From the IMG/VR virus record IMGVR_UViG_3300048598_000496, positions 1-46,713 of that record: DNA of 46,713 bases; one strand, given 5' to 3'. Origin of the DNA: a virus. Lineage: Duplodnaviria > Caudoviricetes. The translations under genes and the position numbers were made by a program. The notes beneath the pieces were generated by a model. That model searched no databases, was not told where the DNA came from, and saw nothing but the letters and a program-made list of their open reading frames with translations. Each line of letters starts with the position of its first letter. Within the stretch, counting starts at the first letter, position 1. Below are positions 9,560 to 18,225 of the stretch, piece after piece.

Positions 9560-10219
9560 TCACATCACCCTGTACGGATTCAAAAGCGCCTGAATCAAAA
9601 GCGGCACATTGATCGCGCCATAGCGTGACGAGATATCGGCATTCGCGGTGCCAGGCATCAGCTCTTCGCCACGATGCGAATACCAGTGAAGCGCGAGCTG
9701 TTTGATGGCCAGTTTAATCGGCTCGGGCACGAAAGACGCGTCCGCGCCATAGCCGACGCGATACTCGACCATAAGGCCGTTCGCTTGGCGCGAAGGGGTT
9801 GGCCAAGCCGCGCCGGATCTTAAAACAAGCCGCCCAGGTTCATGAGAGGTGTCCACATAATAATTCCTTTGATCCCAGATAGTTGAGGAATTATCTTCAC
9901 TAAATACATTAATACTTGAAACGGACAACAAGGGCGACCGCGGAAGGAAAATCGCCTGATCCAGCGCGGCCTGTATCGCCCCTTCGAAGAAGCCGTCTTG
10001 GCAGCCGTTCGTATCAAACAACGGCATGTCGATCCACAACTGCCAGGTTTGATCGATGAAGCCGCGTGCGGTCGTGCGCTCGGCCCACTGTCGCGCCGCG
10101 ACGATCAATCCCGACAACAGTTCGTCGTCATCGGTTTGATCGATGCGGGCGTGGCTTTTTAATTCCGAAAGAGAAATGGGCTCGGATGCAGGCCCCGTTT
10201 TAAGATTGAATGACGTCAT
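9560..10219 (-). CDS. head-tail adaptor (gp6-like)
   Basis: PASEPISLSELKSHARID..DDELL..LIVAARQWAE, VPEPIKLAIKQLALHWYSHR, LLNPYR. Confidence 0.93.
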   Translation of the reverse strand: MTSFNLKTGPASEPISLSELKSHARIDQTDDDELLSGLIVAARQWAERTTARGFIDQTWQLWIDMPLFDTNGCQDGFFEGAIQAALDQAIFLPRSPLLSVSSINVFSEDNSSTIWDQRNYYVDTSHEPGRLVLRSGAAWPTPSRQANGLMVEYRVGYGADASFVPEPIKLAIKQLALHWYSHRGEELMPGTANADISSRYGAINVPLLIQALLNPYRVM

Positions 10220-10225
10220 GTTCCC

Positions 10226-11419
10226 TCACTGCGTAAGCGCAACCAATTCGGTCGAAGTTTTTGCGGATGGGTAATAGGTCAGACTTTGGATATGGCCGTT
10301 GAGGCTGCGTCCACTGCCCGCAAAATCGCCCAGATTGATTTGATTGAAAGACGGCACTCCCGAAGCGCCAAAGGTACCCGCCCCGTCGCTGACCCCATTG
10401 GCGGCAAAATTATTGCTTGCCGATTGATAGGACAGGCCCGTCTTGACGACCGATCCCGCCGTCACAGCCGACAAAGATCCCGCCGATGGAGTACTGGTGC
10501 CTGAAATAATGGTTTCGGCCAAAGGCGCGCCCGTGGTTCCGATTTCTGAGGCTATCAGATTGTTGCTCGTTCCATCGGACAGCGCGGCAACGCAACTTCT
10601 TCGCGACGAATTGACGCGTGGGATATAGGCGTTGACGATGAGGCTTCCTTTATCCGACTTGAGCCACGAAGGCGAAGCCATAGTAAGGCTATCCGCCAAG
10701 CGCGTCACGGCTAACGAGGTTGTCGGAATATAGGATGTTGGATAGGAGCAGTTCATTTCAAGCTGCGCGCCCCAGACCAGCAAATCCGCCGCCGCCCCTG
10801 CCGATCCGGCGAAGATGCCGGTGATGATGCCGATGCCACCTCCGCCAAAGGTCGTTGAAAACGAAAAACGCTGCCAAGACGTCGTCGCTATCATATCGCC
10901 AGACAGATAGTCGGCAATGCTGGACTGGCATATATCGATGCGGAAGGCCTGATTTGATCCCGTATTCGATTTTACCCAAAGGCTGAAACAATGGGTTTGT
11001 CCGCTTCCCAAGGAACTGCCGGACAAGACTTGCAGCATCATCGAATAGGTTGACAAATAGGCCCCCGCCGCGATCGTCGTTCGGGCCGCCGTTGTCGTCC
11101 CATCTGGCGCGGTCGCATAGGCCGCCGTTTTCGTCGCGCCATTCAAGACTTGCCAAAGACTGTTCGAGAAGTCTTGGGAATAGAGAAGACTGTTCGTCCT
11201 CGACTCTTCGACCAGCAAGCCCAGAGGCTGGAGAGTCGAAGGGTTATAGTCGAAACGCGGCACGCCACTAGCGGCTTGAGCTATAAGGCCCGACGCATTC
11301 GTATAAGTCGCAATCGAGGCTCGGGAAAAAGTCGCGCCCGACGGCAACGAGGTTTTGAAATCGAGGCTCGTCACCGACGCGCCAGACTTTTTCTTCGTAA
11401 CAAACAGCAGCGGGTCCAT
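10226..11419 (-). CDS. head spike fibre-like protein
   Basis: FSRASIATY.NASGLI..PRFDYNP..GLLVEESRTN, WGAQLE..PTSYIPTT..VTR.AD motifs of phage/GTA head fibres. Confidence 0.8.
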   Translation of the reverse strand: MDPLLFVTKKKSGASVTSLDFKTSLPSGATFSRASIATYTNASGLIAQAASGVPRFDYNPSTLQPLGLLVEESRTNSLLYSQDFSNSLWQVLNGATKTAAYATAPDGTTTAARTTIAAGAYLSTYSMMLQVLSGSSLGSGQTHCFSLWVKSNTGSNQAFRIDICQSSIADYLSGDMIATTSWQRFSFSTTFGGGGIGIITGIFAGSAGAAADLLVWGAQLEMNCSYPTSYIPTTSLAVTRLADSLTMASPSWLKSDKGSLIVNAYIPRVNSSRRSCVAALSDGTSNNLIASEIGTTGAPLAETIISGTSTPSAGSLSAVTAGSVVKTGLSYQSASNNFAANGVSDGAGTFGASGVPSFNQINLGDFAGSGRSLNGHIQSLTYYPSAKTSTELVALTQ

Positions 11420-11422
11420 GGC

Positions 11423-11779
11423 CTACACCGAGCGCAAGACAAATTGAAGGACGCTATCCTGCGCCTGAGCAACCGCCGAGGCCGAAGCGCCCGAACGCGC
11501 CTTGACATACTGCATGGCTGGAAAGACCGTGGGATCGAGATAGATGTACCGCGACGCTGCCGCCGTGACGGTGAACTCGTTGCCGCTGGCGTCATACAGA
11601 TTGTACCAGGTGCTGCCGTCGGGCGAGATTTGGAAGGTCAGGTTTGCCGCCGTCCAGACAGACGGCATGACAATGCCAAACAAACGAAGTCCGCCGAAAT
11701 TGACGGCTGGCGTCAAAGAGGTGCCGGATGAAATCGTTGCGGGAACGACCTCGGCAATATTGGTGATGGTTTCGCGCAT
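11423..11779 (-). CDS. virion structural protein, candidate head spike base
   Basis: Beta-rich 118 aa (MPSVWTAANLTFQISPDG) between capsid and fibre genes. Confidence 0.6.
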   Translation of the reverse strand: MRETITNIAEVVPATISSGTSLTPAVNFGGLRLFGIVMPSVWTAANLTFQISPDGSTWYNLYDASGNEFTVTAAASRYIYLDPTVFPAMQYVKARSGASASAVAQAQDSVLQFVLRSV

Positions 11780-11800
11780 GATGGCCTCGAATTAAAAGAA

Positions 11801-11861
11801 GGGATCAGGGGTCAGGGATCGGGGGTCAGGAAAGTGAAAACTATTTCCACGATCCCCGACC
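11801..11861. repeat. heptamer tandem repeat GGG(A/G)TC(A/G) x4 with an inverted copy
   Basis: gggatca-ggggtca-gggatcg-ggggtca at 11801-11828; gatccccgacc at 11851-11861. Confidence 0.75.
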
Positions 11862-11870
11862 TCCAATTCT

Positions 11871-12269
11871 TTAAACCGTCGGAATATTGCGCGGATATCC
11901 GGCAATGACCGATGCCACACTGACCGCGCCCGTGGTGGCACCTGTCGTCGTCATGACGACGCGGACGTAACGCTGGGTTCCGATATAGCCGAGGCTTTGC
12001 GTCGTATTCGCGCCCGCCGACGAACTGACTGCGGAAAAACTGCCGTCCATGTCGGATGCCGCGCAGGCCGTAAAGGTCGCATTATCCATCGAATGCTGAA
12101 GCGACGGCGTATGGGTGCCGTCCGTATAGGCTCCGAAGGCGACCACGATGACGGCGGCGTCGAATCCGCGAAGATCGACGCCCGTACCCGTAAAGGTTCC
12201 CGTCACGCGCGCGGCGGGAGCCAGAGATTGCGACGTGGCAATACGCCGCAGCAAATCACGATTTGCCAT
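11871..12269 (-). CDS. capsid-associated decoration protein
   Basis: Directly after the capsid gene; GTGVDLRGFDAA..LQHSMD..GYIGTQRYVRV pattern. Confidence 0.65.
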   Translation of the reverse strand: MANRDLLRRIATSQSLAPAARVTGTFTGTGVDLRGFDAAVIVVAFGAYTDGTHTPSLQHSMDNATFTACAASDMDGSFSAVSSSAGANTTQSLGYIGTQRYVRVVMTTTGATTGAVSVASVIAGYPRNIPTV

Positions 12270-12302
12270 GTTAATGTCCTTTCAAAATAAATATGGAATT
12301 AA

Positions 12303-12366
12303 AGGTCGGGGTTCGGGGATCGGGGATTGATAATGTTTATTCTTATCCCCTGATCCCCACCCCAGA
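12303..12366. repeat. heptamer repeat hairpin downstream of the capsid gene
   Basis: ggtcggggttcggggatcggggat ... atcccctgatccccacccc; related to the 11801 element. Confidence 0.7.
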
Positions 12367-12374
12367 GCCTTTCT

Positions 12375-13604
12375 TTACGAGGCCGCGAACTTCAGAAGCT
12401 TGATGGCTTCGAAATTCACCACGTCGCCGCCGACACGCTTCGAGCAACGGAACTTGACAAAGGGCGCCGCCGTATACGGATCGCGAAGGACGCGGAGTCC
12501 GATGCGATCGACAATGGTGTAGCCTTCCTCGAAATTGCCGAAGGCGACCGAGAAGCTGCCGGAAGCAATCGATGGCATATCTTCGGCCAGAACAATCGGG
12601 TGGCCCAGCAAGGTGGAGGGAACACCTGCCTGCAATCCGGGCTGCCAGATATAGGCGTTGGTGGTGTTTTCCTTGAACTTGCGGATCAGATCGGCGACCG
12701 AACGCGGGAAAAGCCACGAAGCCTTGGGCAGATAGCCGCTGCGAAGCTTATGCATCAAATCGATCAGGCAATCCGCGCCGTTCGAAGTGGCAAAAGCCGC
12801 ATCGGCCCCTGTTGGCACATATTCCAAAGAACCCCACGCGCGGGAAGCATCGCCCGTCGCCACAGCCGTGTAGCTGAGGAAGCCTCGCGGTTGGCCGATA
12901 CCGTCGCCCGTGACAAAGGCCGTGTTTTCGCTGCGCGCGAATTTGTTCGCGACGCGGTTGGTCAGCCATTCTTCGACATTGATGATGGCATCATCCAGCA
13001 ACTTCTGGGTAGCTTTGGGCGAAGCGTAAAGTTCGTGAACCGGAATGCGGATGCGACCGATGGAACCTTGATCCGTATCGGAACGCGTGCCGAGTTCGGA
13101 AACCCACTGGGCCGCCGGTTCGTTCGTGTCGCGCAGCATTTCAACCGCTTCGGAAGAAATGCTCATCACCGTGGCCAACTGGCGCATCGGCGTGGTATCG
13201 AACTGGCGCGTCACGATGCGATCCGCCATTTCGGCCGGAACCATCACGCCGCCCTGTTGGTCGGCGATGACGTCCATATCCTTGCACTGGAACGCGGACA
13301 GGTCGGCGTCGATACCTTTGGTGACATAACGCATGAAGGCGGATTTATAGCCCGACTTTTCGTCCGAGGCGACGTACGGCGCCGTCCCTTTCGCCGGACG
13401 GCGAAGGCAGGTCTTTACCGACGTGATGTCGTCTTGCAGCTTGTTGATGGACTGATCCATGCGAGCCAGTTTTTCGCCGGTCAAGGCGTCCGAGCTACCG
13501 CGACGTTCAATTTCGGCGATGCGCTGGTCGTTGACGCTTTTGTATTCTTCGAAGGCGCGAGCCAAACCATCGGCGGCTTCGCGCACCCCTTGGGTGTCGA
13601 TCAT
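12375..13604 (-). CDS. major capsid protein, HK97 fold (g5-like)
   Basis: HELYASPKATQKLLDD, YIWQPGL, FGNF..GYTIVDR..LRDPY..RVGGDV.NFEAIKLLKF; AAGGAG RBS before ATG 13604. Confidence 0.97.
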   Translation of the reverse strand: MIDTQGVREAADGLARAFEEYKSVNDQRIAEIERRGSSDALTGEKLARMDQSINKLQDDITSVKTCLRRPAKGTAPYVASDEKSGYKSAFMRYVTKGIDADLSAFQCKDMDVIADQQGGVMVPAEMADRIVTRQFDTTPMRQLATVMSISSEAVEMLRDTNEPAAQWVSELGTRSDTDQGSIGRIRIPVHELYASPKATQKLLDDAIINVEEWLTNRVANKFARSENTAFVTGDGIGQPRGFLSYTAVATGDASRAWGSLEYVPTGADAAFATSNGADCLIDLMHKLRSGYLPKASWLFPRSVADLIRKFKENTTNAYIWQPGLQAGVPSTLLGHPIVLAEDMPSIASGSFSVAFGNFEEGYTIVDRIGLRVLRDPYTAAPFVKFRCSKRVGGDVVNFEAIKLLKFAAS

Positions 13605-13680
13605 GTTATATTCTCCTTGGTTGATAAATGGTCTTTGCAAAAACGTCGTTTTGTTTTTCAAGTTTTCCTTCAGAGTCATA

Positions 13681-13727
13681 CGCGCCGCAGACGCGGCGCG
13701 CTGGATTCCCGCTTTCGCGGGAATGAC
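13681..13727. repeat. REP/RPE-like palindromic element
   Basis: cgcgccgcagacgcggcgcg hairpin followed by ctggattcccgctttcgcgggaatgac. Confidence 0.85.
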
Positions 13728-13742
13728 AGTGGAGAGAATGTT

Positions 13743-13847
13743 TCCGTTACAAAGCGGACGAAAATTTCTGTTCCACAGTGAAAGAGTGTCTCTGTTCCGC
13801 AGTGAGACAATGCTTCTGTTCTAAGGTAAAAAGATTTACACCGTTCT
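13743..13847. repeat. degenerate 24-bp tandem repeat, 4-5 copies
   Basis: Cores tccgttac 13743, tctgttcc 13767, tctgttcc 13791, tctgttct 13815, accgttct 13840. Confidence 0.6.
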
Positions 13848-13859
13848 ACCGAAGGCTTG

Positions 13860-14420
13860 TTAAACAAAACGTCTTGGTTCTTGCAGAAAACGAGCCGCTT
13901 CGTGCAGCCGCGCGACGATGGCCCGTGTCGTATCGTCGTCGGGTTCGAGGTTGCGCTTGACATCATTGACGCGCGCAGCCTCGTTCGCGGGAAAAGTGAC
14001 CAGCGAAATTTCGAATAGATCCACATCGAGAAGCAAACGCGCCTTGCGTTTGACATCGACCTTGCTTTTAGAAACGCGGTAGCCGATGGACATGCCCGTC
14101 AGGGCCCCCATCTTGAGAAGCTCGTAAGCTTCTTGGCCCTTTTGCGTGCGGAGAGCCAGACGCCCCTGAACCGCCAAGCCATTCTGGTCTTCCGCAAGCG
14201 AAAGCCAGACTCCGATCGGTTGGGTGGGGTCGTGCATCCACAACATCGCGGGGTTGCGTCCGTCTTCGCGCCACTTGCGCAGCGTGCGGGTGAAAGCGCC
14301 CGGCTCGACAATCTCGTTCTGATAATCCAGCTTGCCAAAGACGCTGGCGTAACCCGAAAAAAGTCCGTCCGCCGCAAGCGCTTTTAGCGCCATGGGGCGT
14401 TGCATATGTTTAATGTCCAT
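13860..14420 (-). CDS. HK97-family prohead protease
   Basis: FSGYASVFG, MLWMHDP..PIGVW, GMSIGY, DLFEISLVTFPAN. Confidence 0.96.
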   Translation of the reverse strand: MDIKHMQRPMALKALAADGLFSGYASVFGKLDYQNEIVEPGAFTRTLRKWREDGRNPAMLWMHDPTQPIGVWLSLAEDQNGLAVQGRLALRTQKGQEAYELLKMGALTGMSIGYRVSKSKVDVKRKARLLLDVDLFEISLVTFPANEAARVNDVKRNLEPDDDTTRAIVARLHEAARFLQEPRRFV

Positions 14421-14430
14421 TGTTTGTTCC

Positions 14431-15627
14431 CTAATTAAGTTCATCGCCGCCTTGGATCGGCCCGTAACCGAGAGCTTCGCGCTTTTCGTTGACGGTCAAA
14501 AAGTCGGCATTCTGCACCTTGTCCCAGACCGCGTTACGGCGGACCGATAGAGCGCTGATCTCGTCCGGATCGAAATCAAGCGTGATATTTTCGGCGTACA
14601 TAGGAACCAGCCAATGATCGAATGACGCCACGACGCGCGAAAGAAGCGGCAGGATGGTTTCTTCGTAAAAAGCCAGTCGCGCTTCTTGCATGTTGGCGTA
14701 AGTCTGGCTTCCTGGAATGCCTACAAGCTGCGACGGAACGCCAAACGCCAAGGCTATATCCCGCGCGACCGCGTCGCGGCCCGAAAGCCAATCCATTTCC
14801 TTGGGACTGAGGCTCATTTCGCGCCAGTCCAATCCGCCTTCGAGGATCAACGGGCGACCTGCGTTGCGCGAGCCGCCGTAGAGGCGATCCATCTCTTCCC
14901 GCAGGCGCGCCATCTGGTCGTCGGCCAGAGTTTGTGGCCCGTCTTTCGGCGCATAGACCAAAGCGCCTGAGGGCCTTGCCCCTTGGTTTAAAAGCGCCTG
15001 ATTCCAAGCACCTGCGGCATTATGTTGATCTATCGATAGAAGCGCGGCCTCCATCGGCGACATGCCGTACCAGTCGTCCAGAGGATGAAAATTCTTGATA
15101 TGCAAAATGGCCGAAGCCCCCGTGACCGGATCGACGTTCCAACGGGTCAACTGGCCGCCTACATTATATTCATAGGCTTGCGGCAAACCCTGCGGACCCG
15201 GGACGACGCGCATGCGGTCGGGACGGAGGACGTAAAGCTCGGTCGGCTCGGATGAATCGTCGGCCATGACGGCTTCGATATAGGCATTGCCCGCAATTTC
15301 GATATTGGCAAAAATATTTTCAAGAAAGGCCGCGGCGTCCTGCAAAGGATTGGGGTGGCGCAACAGATCGGAAAGCGGGTGGTTATCGACCTCGCTTCCG
15401 CGATCGTCGTACAAAAGCCACGGCACCGCCGAACAGGCCGAGGCGATAGCCATGACGCAGCGATAGGCGACGACGTTTTTACGAAATCCTTCCTCGGCCA
15501 AGCCGTCGTAGCGACGCGGCGTCCATTTCGGACGGCCCACGTTCGACCACGCGACCAAAGGGCCCGCGCGGCTTGACTTGGTTTCGGGGCGAAGAGCTGA
15601 GAAATTGAACCAGGGCTTCAGCAGCAT
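14431..15627 (-). CDS. portal protein (HK97/GTA)
   Basis: LRPDRM, FHPLDDWYGMSP, NQGARPSGAL, LEGGLDW, TYANMQEAR, FLTVNEKREALGY. Confidence 0.97.
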   Translation of the reverse strand: MLLKPWFNFSALRPETKSSRAGPLVAWSNVGRPKWTPRRYDGLAEEGFRKNVVAYRCVMAIASACSAVPWLLYDDRGSEVDNHPLSDLLRHPNPLQDAAAFLENIFANIEIAGNAYIEAVMADDSSEPTELYVLRPDRMRVVPGPQGLPQAYEYNVGGQLTRWNVDPVTGASAILHIKNFHPLDDWYGMSPMEAALLSIDQHNAAGAWNQALLNQGARPSGALVYAPKDGPQTLADDQMARLREEMDRLYGGSRNAGRPLILEGGLDWREMSLSPKEMDWLSGRDAVARDIALAFGVPSQLVGIPGSQTYANMQEARLAFYEETILPLLSRVVASFDHWLVPMYAENITLDFDPDEISALSVRRNAVWDKVQNADFLTVNEKREALGYGPIQGGDELN

Positions 15628-15666
15628 GGGATGCCTTTCCTTCGTTGATATTAAGTGAACCTCTTA

Positions 15667-15713
15667 CGACGCGCAGACGCGCGTCGCTGGATCCCCGCCT
15701 TCGCGGGGATGAC
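15667..15713. repeat. REP/RPE-like palindromic element
   Basis: cgacgcgcagacgcgcgtcg followed by ctggatccccgccttcgcggggatgac. Confidence 0.85.
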
Positions 15714-15756
15714 TCAATTTAATTACGGACAGATCGTGGCGATGACGGTATTTTTT

Positions 15757-17094
15757 CTATAAGCTTCTGATCTTCGGATCGGCGCGGCGCATATCCGACA
15801 GGGCCGTCAGGGCCCAGACCAGCGCATCGACGCGATCCGGCGACTTTTCGGAAATCAATTCGGGCGCAAAACGCGCCATCTGGTCTTCCAGCTTTTCCAT
15901 CGGGCCGACATGCCAAACGCTTCCCTGTTCGTAGAGCGACGCGATGGGCAGAGCCCTGTCCAACTTGCTGCGAATGGCGCGAACCGCTTTGAACGGAACC
16001 CTTGGCGCGATTTGTTTCAACATCTCCTCGACCAAGTCTCCGCCCGCGTTGATCTCGGCGACGATGCAGTCGGCCTTGATATCCTCGGCCAAATGCACCG
16101 CCTGACGCGCCCAAACATCCGGCGCATAACGTCCCGAACGGTCGGCCAGAACGTAATAGAGACCGTCCTTGCCCCTGCCCGCCGCGACGATGCCGGTTTC
16201 GTCGCTTTCGGCCCCACCTGTCATAGCGGGATCGATGGCGACGACAATCGAGGCCATTTCGGGCGCTTCGGTTATATGGCACGAATCCAGATCCGTGCGA
16301 CGCCACAGCGAACCTTCGAAATCGGTCAAAAGCTCGGCTTCGAGTTCTTGGCGGCCCAATCTTGTTCCGGCATAGCGTCGCATCAACTGCTCCATCACCG
16401 CGGGCGCGATATGATCGGCGTTATCCGTCGTTCGTCCGCGCGTTAAATGCACATCGCTGCCCGACCTTGCCACCAGTTCGCGCAAGACCTCGCGGTTGCG
16501 CGGGGTCGTCGTAATCACAACGCGCGGATCGCGGCCCAGACGAAGCCCGAACCAAAGCTGGTCGAAAGCTTTGCGCGAAGGCCAAGCGCCAAGCTCGTCG
16601 CACCAGATGCGATGATGCTGGGGGCCGCGCAATCTTTCCGGCTCTTCCGCCGAAAACAGCTTGAACCGGCTTCCGTTCGTCAAGGTCAATTCGCCCATGC
16701 TGCGATGCCAGTCGTCGACGCAATCGCGCGGAAGGACGTTCATCAATCCGCTTTCGCCCTCGACACAGACATCACGCGCGTCGCTTTCCGTCGGCGCGAT
16801 GATCCCGATGCGGCAACGCGGATGCGACATAGCGTAATCCGCCGCGTCTTCGGCCCCCGTTCGGGTTTTACCCCAACCGCGTCCCGCCAAGATCAACCAG
16901 ACGCGCCAGTTACCCGGCGGCGTGATCTGGTTCGGCCTTGCCGCCTTGATCCACTTCAGCCGGGCGATCAGCGCCAGCAACTCCGGCGTCGGTAGCGCTT
17001 CCAAATTTAAGCGCAGCGAACTCAGCCAGCAGGCTTCGGGCGTCACGGATGGCTTCCATCCGGGCTTTGTCATCGGATTGACGGGCTTTGTCAT
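15757..17094 (-). CDS. terL: terminase large subunit
   Basis: AGRGWGKTR Walker A, LRGPQ..WCDE Walker B, TTTP, AIDPA, SPDRVDALVWA nuclease; true start may be about 80-100 nt downstream. Confidence 0.97.
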   Translation of the reverse strand: MTKPVNPMTKPGWKPSVTPEACWLSSLRLNLEALPTPELLALIARLKWIKAARPNQITPPGNWRVWLILAGRGWGKTRTGAEDAADYAMSHPRCRIGIIAPTESDARDVCVEGESGLMNVLPRDCVDDWHRSMGELTLTNGSRFKLFSAEEPERLRGPQHHRIWCDELGAWPSRKAFDQLWFGLRLGRDPRVVITTTPRNREVLRELVARSGSDVHLTRGRTTDNADHIAPAVMEQLMRRYAGTRLGRQELEAELLTDFEGSLWRRTDLDSCHITEAPEMASIVVAIDPAMTGGAESDETGIVAAGRGKDGLYYVLADRSGRYAPDVWARQAVHLAEDIKADCIVAEINAGGDLVEEMLKQIAPRVPFKAVRAIRSKLDRALPIASLYEQGSVWHVGPMEKLEDQMARFAPELISEKSPDRVDALVWALTALSDMRRADPKIRSL

Positions 17095-17266
17095 TTTCTC
17101 CGTTCATGTATTTCACCAAGTCCATAAGGGCGCGCGCCGCCGCGACACGCGAAGATTCGCTCTCGCCGCTTTCCATAAGCGTGGTGAGGTTCTTCTCGAT
17201 CAGGGCGGTGGCGCGTTTCAGCTTGTCCTCGCCGGAGATCGGCGGGAGTGGCGATGCGTCAGTCAT
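16910..17266 (-). CDS. putative terminase small subunit
   Basis: Helical 118 aa (SESSRVAAARALMD) upstream of and overlapping terL, as GTA g1/g2 do. Confidence 0.6.
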   Translation of the reverse strand: MTDASPLPPISGEDKLKRATALIEKNLTTLMESGESESSRVAAARALMDLVKYMNGENDKARQSDDKARMEAIRDARSLLAEFAALKFGSATDAGVAGADRPAEVDQGGKAEPDHAAG

Positions 17267-17349
17267 TTGTATCTGTTCCGTTTTGGGCCGGTAGAGGCCC
17301 CTGTTCGACCGAAAGAAATCTTGGAAACGGTTTCTTTCGGATTGTTCCC

Positions 17350-17376
17350 CTGGATCCCCGCCTTCGCGGGGATGAC
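17350..17376. repeat. REP/RPE-like palindrome
   Basis: ctggatccccgccttcgcggggatgac, identical core to 15687-15713. Confidence 0.85.
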
Positions 17377-17577
17377 ACCGGATGACTTTGGACGCAGTGC
17401 GTCGTGGTTCTGTCAATACGCCTATAGCCGACGAATGTCAAGGAATATTTTCTTATAATAGATATTTTTTCTTATCGACCGGAAGATGGCGGGAAGAATC
17501 GGCCCATTTACGGCTTAACCCTTTGGATAGGATATGGTAGAAAAAAGACAAGTCAGACCTTTTGAGGGATTCGAAAC

Positions 17578-17805
17578 ATGGGCACAGGCCCTATTTCTTC
17601 CGGTACCGCCGCTAATGCCGCCGCGATTAGCACGCTTTTGCGCGCCCAATCGATGGCCACGACGGGCATGAAGGTCAACCAGCAGGCCGGTCAGGCCATT
17701 ATCGATCAGCTGCAAACCAATGTGGCCAAGAATTCAGCCTCGGTTCAGGATTCTTCCGGAAGCGGCACCCTGCCCCGCGGCAGCTTGCTGGACATGACGG
17801 TTTAA
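17578..17805 (+). CDS. small hypothetical protein, YjfB-like
   Basis: Q-rich helix and C-terminal RGSLLDMTV. Confidence 0.55.
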   Translation: MGTGPISSGTAANAAAISTLLRAQSMATTGMKVNQQAGQAIIDQLQTNVAKNSASVQDSSGSGTLPRGSLLDMTV

Positions 17806-18146
17806 GAAACGCCGCCAAGCGCTTCTTCGTCCTTTGGATTGAACGGCGGGGACGAGATCACCAAGAAACGAAGCTTTCCCTTTATTCCATGGCGGGTGTT
17901 GGTCGGTATAAAGACCATGTCGTTGGGTTTGACCGATGTTGTTTGGCCTTCGATCAAAACCTCGCCCGAACCTTCGAGAATAAAATAGGCCTTTTCCGAA
18001 CGCCGGTTCAGAAAATATCCATGCGGCCCGTCCAGTTCCGCAATGACCGCGTCAAAGCGGGCGGATGGATCGGAGAAAAGCCCGCGAATTTCGATGAACG
18101 GATCGATGCGACGCGGATTCGATGGGGATGAGTTCAGAATGGGCAT
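17802..18146 (-). CDS. cupin domain protein
   Basis: YFILEGSG, MVFIPTNTRHGI, FLVISSPP. Confidence 0.88.
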   Translation of the reverse strand: MPILNSSPSNPRRIDPFIEIRGLFSDPSARFDAVIAELDGPHGYFLNRRSEKAYFILEGSGEVLIEGQTTSVKPNDMVFIPTNTRHGIKGKLRFLVISSPPFNPKDEEALGGVS

Positions 18147-18225
18147 AGGATTGTCCTCGCCAAATGTCGATGGACAGCATTAACGGCCAAAATGGATGTG
18201 TTTGCAAGAAGAGCCTTGGGTCAGA

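Noticed and set aside
12600-13781. 393-aa plus-strand ORF and similar long antisense ORFs (3131-3904, 8605-9321, 41614-42384)
   Set aside because: Shadows of well-supported minus-strand genes in GC-rich DNA, with no motifs
13743-13847. Alphaproteobacterial LexA boxes
   Set aside because: GTTC cores are 24 nt apart, not GTTC-N7-GTTC
699-17266. Complete inducible prophage
   Set aside because: No integrase, repressor, replication genes or att sites around the cluster; the recombinase at 33.8 kb belongs to a separately bounded island
17267-17416. N-terminal extension of terS (RCHPREGGDP)
   Set aside because: It is a translation of the REP palindrome; ATG 17266 is the more plausible start
17420-17577. 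CtrA site at the GTA promoter
   Set aside because: Only a TTAACC half-site; no full TTAA-N7-TTAA seen
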